From NCBI GenBank assembly GCA_049999805.1, contig JBNGIO010006356.1, positions 1 through 64,000 on the forward strand: a stretch of 64,000 bases of DNA. Direction: 5' to 3'. This document shows, piece after piece, positions 1 to 21,400 of this stretch. How positions within the stretch are numbered: position 1 is the first letter of the stretch; each line of letters begins with the position of its first letter. The stretch comes from Folioceros fuciformis (taxonomy: Eukaryota). The notes beneath the pieces are model-generated. The model was given only the letters and a program-made list of their open reading frames with translations, did not search any database and was not told the origin of the DNA. A program made the translations under genes and the position numbers.

Positions 1-2166
1 TCACTATATCAGAGATACAGCAGAACGAGGTGTAGTGAAGGTGGAGTCGCCTACGAATAGTGATGATGTCTTAGGTACCCCCTTGCAAGGCTTTTAGAAG
101 CTGTGGGTGCTAGAGTTTGTACCGCAGGGTGTACTGCTCGCAAATTTTTAGGGCTGCTGGTTGCAAAGGGGTTTACCGCCTAGGGCACCTATGGTGTAGG
201 GCTGAGGGCTGCTAGAAAGTGGTCGGGGAGATTCAAGAGGAATTTGGCATCCCGGTGCTATACATTCGTCTTATGTTAACCTGGTTGCAGGAAGGGATGG
301 AAGTGGTGATGAAGCAAGCTCTATTTCTAAAATCAGCAGTGGCTGAAGAGGAGTGGGGAGCCTATGACATGGAGGACTGGGGGGGAGACTCAGACACTAG
401 AAACGAAGAGGGTTTTGTGGAACTTGATTGAGCAATTTACGCCTCCACACAAATAGGGAATGGAGGCTCGTGGTCCTTTAGGGTGGTGTCAACAAAGGGT
501 CTCTTAGAGAAACAAGGTAGGAGTGAAGGACAACTTTCTTGCTAGTCCCTGCGACCCATTACACTCTTGATGAGGTCGATGTGGGCAGGACTATGGCTTA
601 CCTAGGAAGAACAAAATACTCACTCAGCTTCCACGAGCAAGCTGATGACTCGATGCTGGTTTTGCCTGGCGGAGAATTGGCAACTAACTCTACGACCTGA
701 TCTCTTCAGATGGCCTAAGTGGCCAGCAAAGGACCTCTAGGTCCTTTTTTAACTATGAAACGTCAGATATCTACCTTTGTTTGGTTCACTCGCAGAAAAT
801 CAGACAACGGCAGCCGTTGGCGCATAGGTGGAGCATATCCATCAGGCGTTAGAAGGTAGCCCTCTACCTCCTTTGGACGACGGCTGGAATTCCCCCTAAG
901 GTTAGATTGACGGTTTGGTGCCTCTTTCAGGCTTGTCTACCAAATGCAGATTGCTGGGATGGGTTGTTAGTTGCAGCAGGGGAGGACACATGCAGACTAC
1001 GCAGCAGTGGGGCTCCTCATAAAAAACAACATATGTTCTTTCAATGTGGGTTTGTCCAAGAGGTCTAGCAGGAGGTGGAGGTCTGGATGCAATGACTCTT
1101 TTCTTTGCTAAATCCGGTACTTACTGAGCAGTCCATCCTCTTTACCCTAGATCAAGCATCTGGTAACCCATTGATACCAAATCAATGGTGGGGTTAGGTG
1201 TGGAGTTCATGCATCTTTTGCCTCTAGTATAATTGGACAGCTGTTGTTTATGGCAGCAAGTCTTCGATGACTACCAAGGCAGTGCTATGACGAGTCTGGG
1301 AACAGGTCTCAACGGCGGCAAAGAATCTTCAAGCAACCTCTCCCTGTTATTTAAACGGAAGAATTGGAAGTTTGTAGACTTTTTGCAGTTAGGGGGCGAT
1401 GGTACGTGGATTCACAAATGCCCTTGGGGAGGATAATGAGGGAATCAAGACAAACAATACCCTCTCACCTGATTTTAACTCAGAGTGTTGGGATAGTGTA
1501 AGTTTCCTAGACATAGTGTTGTAATCCTCCTAGTAGGCTTCTGCTCTATAATCTGAACGCATTTTCGCGAAAAAAGATTGTTGGAGATTGGGGGAGGCTG
1601 TGGAAGATTGTTGAGGTATTGCTGGAGATTTGTGGACATTGCTGGAAGATAGGAGACATTTGGAATCAGGCCTGTGAGAAACGAGTGTGAACTAGAGGTC
1701 TTGTGTGTTTTGCATGTGTGGAGAGTCTTGCATGTGTGTGTGAAGGAGTATGGCTGATTCGCGGGGTTTCCCAAGGATTGGCATGTGCATGTATGGAGAG
1801 CATCGAATAAGGCCAGATCTGTGAGTCTGGAGCCCTTGGGGTAGAAACCCATGGTGGAAACCTACGGCGGCGCGTGCGCTAGAAAAATATTAGTTAGGGT
1901 TTTGGGTGGGTCCCACCAGGTCGAGGAAACAACTACCGGTCACGGAAACAGCAACCGCGGTCGTGGAGTGGGAACCGATGTCGTAGTGTAGGGTCTGTAG
2001 CAGCTGGACTAACTAGGGGCAGTAGTAGTTGAGCTGATAGGTAGTAGGGGTGGTAATAGGTGAAACCTGACTTAGGTAAGGGTCAATAGTGATAGAAGTT
2101 AGCATTCCTTGGTACAAATCATTCCCTTGGGAGCGAATCATACAACTACAATGACATAGAGGGTGA

Positions 2167-2249
2167 ATGTGGACCTCCCGGTGTCTTTAGACACAAGATT
2201 TCACTCCATGTGGACCTCCCGGTGTCTTTAGACACAAGATTTCACTCCA
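2167..2249. repeat. 41-bp direct tandem duplication (2 copies)
   Basis: atgtggacctcccggtgtctttagacacaagatttcactcc starts at 2167 and again at 2208. Confidence 0.9.
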
Positions 2250-3198
2250 CACAGGGGAACAACACACTAACTCAAGGATTTCGCATTGATTTAGAAGCCC
2301 TTGCTTCCATGCAAGCAAACAAAACGATTGCCGATTTTCGACCTATGCTAGGGATTCAATCTTGAAGAGAAGAATGACAAACAACAATATGAGGGAGAAG
2401 GTTGCCTATGATGCGAGGCTAGTTGGAGGCTTCAGGGGTCACAGACAATGGAGTAAGGTATAGCTTCTTCATAAGGTCAACATCTTCATTAGTAATCCCT
2501 CGTTCAAGGTTTGGGTTTGTTTCGACTCAAGATGTAAAGGAGAGACTGACTTGTATAGCGAGGGTCTACCGGGGAGAATGACTACCTTTCAAATAGAGTC
2601 AACTTGAAGAGGAGGAAGCTCCCGAGCCAGCACAAGAGGTCTTTGAAGCAAGCTTTCGATCAGATTCGTTTGCAGACCTAGCAAATGGAGAGTGGCACTC
2701 CCAAGATGACTTGTGATGCATCTCGAATTGAACCTCTTGCTTCTTCTGTAGTCGATCCCCCACTTACAGACTAGCTTAGTTTGCTCACTATCCCACTTGT
2801 TCTGAGAGAGTCACCACTCAGAAGCCAATGACTTCGAGGTTGAAGCAATCTAGATGTTGCCAACTGAAGGAAATCAAGCTCTTATGGTCTACTAAGGGTA
2901 TCCCTTCTAATGTTAGGATCATGATGAGGTGTTTCTTCCAACCTTGCCTACCTTATGCCGATAGGTGGGATGGTTTGCTGTTAGCGGTGGGGAGAGAGTT
3001 AATTGTATGATGTGCACTACGAGTATTGCCCATAAAAGTTATCACATATTCTTTAGTCGTGAGTATGCTCAAGCAGTGTGGCATGAGGTTGAGGAATGAC
3101 AACAAGGCCCTTTTCGTATGAAGAACATTGTAAAACAGCCCTTTCTGGTCATGAGAACTTGTTAGATAACCTTGTAGGGTTATTAAAGCCCAATGTGC

Positions 3199-3292
3199 TT
3201 AGACTAATGTGATTAGTCTAATTAAGCTAATGTGATTAGTCTAATTAAACTAGTGTGATAAGTTTAATTAGACTAATGTAATTAGTCTAAGA
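3199..3292. repeat. 23-bp tandem repeat of a self-complementary unit (about 4 copies)
   Basis: ctaatgtgattagtctaattaag-like units start at 3204, 3227, 3250 and 3273. The core ttagactaat-gtg-attagtctaa is a hairpin. Confidence 0.8.
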
Positions 3293-3916
3293 TTAATGTT
3301 TAATTAAGTATCATTAGCTTAAGCTAATCTTTAGGAAGCTTCCTGCATAGCTTTCTGTGAGCTTCTTGTGAAGCTTCCTTGGGAGCTTTTCTAGAGGGTA
3401 TAAATACCCTCTTGAGCTCCCTTTGCAATAGAGCTGTGAGAGACACTGTGAGACCTCTCTTTCTCCTCTCCTCTCCTCCTCCCTTCTTCTCTCCTCTCCT
3501 TCACCATTCTCCTCTAATGATCCTTTCAAACCTGACCCTTCAAAATCAATGGTGGGGTTTGGTTTGGAGCTCTTATTTGCATGGCCTATGGATCACTTGG
3601 ACAACAATTGTTTAGAGAGGCAAGGAACCAATAACTACTAGGCCCCTACTTTGGTATTTGGGAGCATCTACTAATTGCTGCATACGGCTTGAAAGTAGTG
3701 GCTCCTCATAAATTCAAGAGAAAGGAATGGAACGATAATCTTCCTGACGTCACGAAAAGATGCTCATTAAAATCATGCTTGTCCTTGGAGAGGGCAGCAA
3801 GGCAAGGGAGGTTAACCTAACCTTCAACTATGCATAACATGATAGTTATTGGCTTCCAATAGAGTTAAGAGTTGTTTTTATTTCCCATTAGGGGATGCTG
3901 TTTATGACATGATAGC

Positions 3917-4078
3917 CCCTCACGGATTAAGTTGTTTGCTCTATGGATATTCCCTCACGGATTNNNNNNNNNNTGGATATTCCCTCACGGATTAAGTTGT
4001 TTGCTCTATGGATATTCCCTTACGGATTAAGTTGTTTGCTCTATGGATATTCCCTCACGGATTAAGTCGTTTGCTCTA
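3917..4078. repeat. 35-bp minisatellite spanning an assembly gap
   Basis: tggatattccctcacggattaagttgtttgctcta is repeated at least 4 times on both sides of the N-run at 3964-3973. Confidence 0.9.
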
Positions 4079-4447
4079 TATAATCTCCACAACAGCTCCA
4101 TGCTCTCATAATCTGATCTATGTACACTAAGAAAAAGAAAGAAATGTTGACAGTCTTCATATTCAGGGAAGTACACCCGTATACACCCATAATTAGATGA
4201 CGTAGTGGTATGGCCCTGACGTACATTTATTTTCTGGAGATGAAAATCTGAAAATGAGATAAAGTGTTATCCAAAATTAGTATGTATTCTTAAACATTCC
4301 AGTTGCATACATGCCACACCGACGCTGGGACCGGTGTGGTATTCGATCGATAGCCCGGGAATGTGCGACCCTGATGCCCAGCCACTTTCAAGTGCTGCGA
4401 GTCCGAGAGCCTAGAGGGTACTACCTGTTTCTACACTACAGTATTGG

Positions 4448-9406
<4,959 letters not shown>

Positions 9407-11921
9407 GAAGCACAATCGGGAAGCCTGCCGGCTGGTACCTGCATAACGTGAGGGAATTCCATGAAAAGAACAATCCTCCTCCCTCCTGACACTGCAACAC
9501 ACAAGCTAGGCAAGTCGCAGACGCCCCCCATTCCTTCCCCTACCTCACTCAGCAGCCTGCAGTTGAGGTCATTCTCAAGGATTCCGTCTCCCTCCACGCT
9601 AAAATCGGGCAGTGAAAATCCGAGCCATCATGCCATCACCTGGACACGCGCATTCCGCAGCAGGAAGAGCGCACGCACCAAGAGGAGTGAGACGCAGGTG
9701 GCCAATGCACGGCCTGGACCGTGGAGCAGGCAATGACGAAGAAATGGCACAAGGCGCCCCACCCACTGCCCGGGAACCACACGCCAAAAAGGACGAAATT
9801 TCAACCATGTGCAGAAGGTATCTACACGGATAGCACACCTCCGCGCTCCCCTTCTTTCCCGCATCCGGTCGCAAGCTGTGAAATTCCGAGCACCCGTGCA
9901 AGGTCCTGCGCAGGTAGCTGAGACGCACCAGGCACTCTGTGCTAGAGACGAAAATCGATCAGCCCGACTTCCAAGGACAGTGGCTGGTGATGGACCCTTC
10001 CCTGGTCATGTGCCCGCACCTCTCGCCCCTTCGAGATCTCACATCCACCTCCCCGTGCGGTGCGGTAGCCATTGCAAGCCAATTCCCGTTGACCCAACGT
10101 CCATCGTCGGGTTCTCCCCACCGCAGGATACATACTCATATACATAGCCCGTGGCAGATAAATTTTATTCGGATGCACCTCCATTCCATAATAAGCCATG
10201 ACAGCCTGAGAGCGGCCACGTGTGAAAAACGTTATAAAAATCAGGTGAAAATTATCCTTCCGAACTGCTGCAGCATGCGGATACAAACCGGTACACCGAA
10301 TCTGCGGCAAAGCCATCATTTTCTCCCAAATTTGGGAAGGAAGGGGTATTTAAAAAAAACGAAAATGAATTCGAGCCTCCGAGGCTTGCGTCGGGTACAC
10401 CAGACATAATTGGCTTGAAGTCGCCGAGCTCGGGGGCTTCACGTCAAGGGGGGCAACACAGGTGTGCCACAAGCGTTTTCTAATGCTGGCTGCAATTGTT
10501 ACACAAAGGAGGGGCCCGTCGGCTTGTCCGCTTTGAAATCAGGAACGGAATGGGCCCCATGTGGCACGGCCACAGCATAGGTGCGGAATGTAGCCACTTC
10601 ATGCCAGCCCAGGCGCCAACCCGATACAAGACTATTACACTACATTGTACATGCGTGTTTAGGAGTGAGTATCGAGGCCCCAGTGGATCCAGCTTCAGTG
10701 AAAGGTGTGTTTGGGTAGTCACTAGCCAGTCGAAGAGCGAGGAGGTGGGGTGCTGCCCACATTCCAAGATTCTGGGACAAAGTCGGGTGTGACATTTCAG
10801 GACACACATAGCAGGAGGGCAGGCANNNNNNNNNNNNNNNNNNNNNNNNNNNNNNNNNNNNNNNNNNNNNNNNNNNNNNNNNNNNNNNNNNNNNNNNNNN
10901 NNNNNNNNNNNNNNNNNNNNNNNNNCGGGGGCTGTTGAGCATAACGTGCCTGCGGTTGAGTGCTGCACCTACTGTGCGTACGGGATCTGGTTCCATGGTG
11001 TCAGCACTGTGGAATTCTAGCGTACTGCGCATCACCGTCGACTGCCACCTTGCTTACATGATGTCGACTCCTCATCGTCCTACGCAGACACTGTGGTGCC
11101 GTTTGGGAGTCGGAACCATTTGCATGACGAGGTTGCCCGCCTCGCTAACGTGAATGCGACGCCTGTCTTCGTATTAGCCAAGAGTACATGGAACTTGGAA
11201 GGTACATGATATTTGAAGGAGCTCAAGAGGCGTGAGAATCTGGATCATTCGGTTGGGAAGGAGAAATAGAGGAATCCCAAAGGTTGTTAAGTAGTCTCCG
11301 AATTCAAGGGGTGCAGGAGGGGTGGAAGACTAAGTTGATGAGAAAAGCCCTTGGAAGGGGAAATTACAAGGAATTAGGCAGCAAGTGCATTACATTGTGC
11401 CCTCGGAGGACATTCAATCAGGATAACAGGTAGTCATATGTTTCGTTGTTAAGATTTTAGTAAGCTTTGAAAATATTGATATATTCTTGTCCAGATTATC
11501 GTACCCGTACCCTACCCTGCCCCTGTGAGATAAACCTGTGTTTCCATATCTGTATGTACTGTAAGTACAAAAGAACTTACTGAAGCGTAAACGCAAAAAG
11601 TTACAAAGGCTTGGCCAACCGCCCGAGTGTTGAGTCATGGTCCTGGGACACCCAGGCAGCCCGTGATCCCAGCGACGAGCTATGCACGCCGTGAGGACTG
11701 TTTGTGCAGCGTGCGGAGCAGTGGCGTGAAACAAGGAGAAGGAAGCGTCACCCAATCCTTCCTCCCTTCGGTTCAAAACTGAGGAGCCAGGGGAATGGCC
11801 GGGCCGCCATTGCAACGGGACGATCCATGGCAGCGACTGCAGCCGCGGCCGCAGCGGCAGAACTGGTGGCGGCGGGGGCCACGGATCGTTGACGACGGCT
11901 GCCAGAGGGGAAGGAAGAGCA

Positions 11922-17069
<5,148 letters not shown>

Positions 17070-18412
17070 GTCACTCCTGAGCTTAACATGACTCAGAATT
17101 GGTATGCTTCGTTTTCAACTTGTGTGTGTACGTTGTGTCCCTGCTCTCAAAATTCGAAGAGTGAGTCTACATGGACTGTGCCGGTTCGATCCCCTTGTCA
17201 TAGAAGACTGAAAGCCCAGGAAAACAGAAGTCGGGACGTTTGTTCTCACAAGATCGGAGCTCGAGCATCCAGCCACGCAACTTTCGCAACCAATTATCGC
17301 GTGCGTGATTGAAAAACGACACGCAAAGCCAAAGGAACAGCTTAGGGAAAGGAACTGGAGATAAATACTTTGACGAGCCATGAAAATTCAAGCACTTCAT
17401 TGTCAGCAGGTGGGAGCAGTGGTAGCTCAGACGCAGGCAACCAAATGCTGTCTTCTCGTGCTCCGAGGCCCACTAGTCTAGAACTAAATAGGAGAGGACG
17501 AGTTTGCATCGTGATGGCATAGTTCCTTTGCCTTTCAGAGTATTTTGCCTTTCAGAGTATACAAGAACAAGTGTAGCATAGGCCATTTGGACCAAACATT
17601 TGCTAGTTAGCAAATTGGATGACATCTCGTCTAAACTATGTAAACTGCGTATGTACTTTGCACCAAGAGGCCCTGGGTTACCTCTGGATCCCGATATCCT
17701 GCTAATCGTCGGCCATGCCAGAAGTGGAGTTCGGGAGGGCTAAATTTAGCCCCGATGTTCGTGGGAGCTAGTGCCTTTTTTTGGCTTTCCACCCCTGAGT
17801 CTAATTTTTGTTGAATGGAGCATCCGTCTCCTCTTCCAATGAAATATTCTTCCTGCAAGGTCCAGATCTGCAGCTTTCTTCTTCCCCGCCAGTGCGCGAC
17901 CGATTCAGAGATACCGCGCCGGATGTGTGAAAACGTTTCCCCTGCCTTCCTCACCTTCCATGCTAATCCTCAATTCATTCCACAAATCCAAACACCTTTT
18001 TGCTTGAGTGCAAAAGCTAGCATACTTTGCACATCTACCCCTCCAGGTGACGTCAGGTGCCAATGCTTTGAGCGCGGACGGAGCAACGTCTACGCGGGTC
18101 CACCCCCTAATGCACGTCGTGACCTCAGGTGTTCCTGTCACAATTACCAGATAAATCCAACAACTGGACCTCCGATTCCATCGCATGGGAGCCCAATTTC
18201 AAGCCTGCAGGCTGCACCCCTGAATCGTCAAGCCCTAGCCCCACTCCGTGATCCGGGACATCGCAAGCTAGCCAACCATCGCCATGTCTCAGTTTGAGGG
18301 AGATGGAGCTAAGCAAGCATATTCCCCTCACCAAAGGAAGTAGTATTCTCTGACTCCACACCTGGTACTGGCTGGCTAGCTGATCTTTGTCATCATCTTT
18401 GTCAGTTCAGCC

Positions 18413-21400
18413 TTAGGGACGACCCTTACAACTGCAGGAACCGTTTACGAAACGATGCACCCGGTATCCATCCCTCACGACAATGTCTCTCTGTTCGAGC
18501 CTTGACATGATCTCAGTGGAACTGTGGCAGTCACCGCACATGCGTAGGTTTTTCGTTACCATCAGGGTTGTCCCGCTCGGAGTGTTCAAGAGACCAAACG
18601 CCAGAGCTAGCTTCTCAGCGTGACCACAAAGTGCATCTTCTTTTTCGTTTTCAGATAGCGGCTTCAGTACCAAGTTAGTCTGAGGCAAGTGGCCTCCTTC
18701 CTGCTTCAGACGGGCATTGGTGCTCTTGACCTTAAGAGCTATATCTTCTCTCGTTTCTCCCACCACAAACCGATGTATCTGCTTGTTCACCTCGATGGTC
18801 GTGACTGCAGGTTTCTTGTTAGCTCCTGCTACCCTTCGCTGTGTTTCAATCTTGTCTACATCGGGCCACCTACCTGCATCTGCGTAGGCGTTGGCCATGA
18901 GAACATATGCAGTCGCATCCTGGGGTTCCAGCCTAACAATCCTTTCAAAACACCACAAAGCCCTGTCTACATCCCCGTGAATTTTGCAGGCATTCAACAA
19001 AGACCTCAAGCCCACGACATTACTCTGCCCCTCACATGACAAAAGCATCTTCTCCGCCTCCTCTAAATGGCCAGCACGCCCAAGAAGATCAATCATGCAG
19101 GTGTAATGCTCAATAGTAGGATTGATGCCGTGCCGTTCAGCCATGGAATCAAAGTGTTTGCAACCCTCGTGGACCAGGCCCTCATGACTGCAGGCCGTTA
19201 GAAGGCAAGTAAAAGTAGCTTCATTAGGCCGAACACCGGCCATTAACATCTCGTCAAAACAACCTAGTGCCTTGTGACCTTCATCACAAGCACCATACCC
19301 AGCAATAAGCGCTGTCCATGTCACCACATCCCTTTGGGTCATGCTGTCCAAAACGTGGCGTGCCTCTTCCAGTTCACCACATTTCACATACATGTCCACC
19401 AGGCGGTTGCCCACCACTACATCATCCAGCAGTCCCCTGTCGACAATCTGTGAGTGCAGTTGCCTGCCCTTCTGTAACGCACCAGAGCTTCCACAGGCCT
19501 TCAGAAGACAAGAGAAAGTGACATGGTCAGCCAAACCAAGGTCCGCCTCCTCCATTTGTCCATACACAGCAAGCGCCTCTTGGCCGAGTCCCTGCTCTGC
19601 ATACCCGGCAATCATTGTATTCCATGTCACCACATCTTTTGTGGCCATGTTGTCAAAAACATGGCGTGCATCTTCCAGTTCACCACATTTTGTATACATG
19701 CCCACAAGGCAGTTGCCCACCACAACCTCATCCAGCAGTCCTCTTTTGACTATCTGTGAGTGCAGCTGCATGCCCTTCTGTAAGGCACCACTGCTTCCAC
19801 AGGCCTTCAGAAGGCAAGCAAAAGTAACATGGTCAGCCAAAACGAGGCCGGCCTCCTCCATTCGTCCATACACAACAAGCGCCTCATGGCCTAGTCCCTG
19901 CCGTGTATACCCAGCAATGAGAGCATTCCATGTCACCACATCCTTTGTGGCCAAAGTGTAAAAAACCTGGCGCGCATCTTCCAGTTCACCACATTTTGCA
20001 TACATGTCCACCAGGCAGGTGCCCACCACTACATTATCCAGAAGTCCTCTTTCAACAACCTGTGAGTGCAGCTGCATGCCTTTCTGTAAGGCACCAATGC
20101 TTCCACAGGCCTTCAAAAGGCAAGCAAATGTAACATGATCAGCCAAAATGAGGCCCTCCTCCTCCATTTGTTCATACAGAACAAGTGCCTCGTGTCCCAG
20201 CCCTTGCTCGGAATACCCAGCAATCAGCACCGTCCATGTCACTACACTCTTTGTGGCCAAGCTGTCAAAAACCTGGTGTGCACGTTTCAGTCTGCCACAT
20301 TTTACATACATGTCCACCAGGCAGCTGCCCACCACCATGTTCTCTAGCAGCCCTCTTTCGACAATCTCTGAGTGCAGCTGCATGCCCTTCCATAAGGCAC
20401 CAGTGCTTCCACAGGCCTTCAGAAGACAAGCGAAAGTAACATGGTCAGCCAAAGTAGGGCCCGTCTCCTCCATTTGCTCATACACACCGAGCGCCTCTTG
20501 GCCGAGACCTTGCTGCGCATACCCAGCAATCATGACATTCCATGTCACCACGTCCTTTACGGCCATGCTGTCGAAGACCTGGCGTGCAGCTCCTACTTCG
20601 CCACATTTTGCATACATGTCCACCAGGCAGTTGCCCATCACAACGTCATCCAGCAGTCCTCTTTCAACGATCTGTGAGTGCAGTTGCATGCCCTTCTGTA
20701 AGGCACCAGTGCTTCCACATGCCTTCAGAAGGCAAGTAAAAGTGACATGATCAGCTAAAATAAGGCCCGCCTTCTCCATTTTTCCGTACACAACAAGCGC
20801 GTCTTGGCCTCGTCCTTTCTGCGAATACCCAGCAATCAGCGCTGTCCATGTCACCACATCCTTTGTGGCCAAGCTGTCAAAAACCTGGCGTGCATCTTCC
20901 AGTTCACCAAATTTCGCATACATGTCCACCAGGCAATTGCCTACCACTACGTCATCCAGCAGTCCTCTTTCAACAATCTGTGCGTGCAGTTGCATGCCCT
21001 TCTGTAAAGCACCAGTGGTTGTACAGGCCTTCAGAAGGCAAGAAAAAGTAACTTGGTCAGCCAGAATGGGGTTCGCCTCCTCCATTTGTTCATATACAAG
21101 TAGCGCCTCTTGGCCGAGTCCTTGCTGTGCATACCCAGCAATTAGGACATTCCATGTCACCGCATCCTTTGTGGGCAAGCTTTGAAAAACTCGGCGTGCA
21201 TCCTCCAGTTCACCACATTTGGCATACATGTCCACCAGGGAGTTGCCCAAAACAACATTACCCAGCAGTCCTCTTTCGACAATCTGTGACTCCAGGTGCC
21301 TGCCCTCTTTTAAGGCACGAGTGGTTGCACAGGCCTTAAGGAGGCAAGCAAATGTCACATGGTTAGCCAAAGTGAGGCCCGCATCCTCCATTTGTCCATA

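Larger units (their letters stand above)
1..3900. mobile_element. Degenerate LTR-retrotransposon-like debris (tentative)
   Basis: No intact long ORF. Contains several short tandem and palindromic repeats and a palindrome-embedded TATA (agagggtataaataccctct, 3393-3412) followed by a CT-rich tract, as seen in LTRs. No recognisable RT or integrase motif, so the call is weak. Confidence 0.35.

Noticed and set aside
3917-4078. 35-bp repeats as a CRISPR array
   Set aside because: The units are contiguous with no unique spacers, the context is eukaryotic, and there are no cas genes.
11164-11394. Possible short solo LTR (TGT...ACA) between the ABCC genes
   Set aside because: No clear target-site duplication or second copy in the window; cannot be supported without a genome search.
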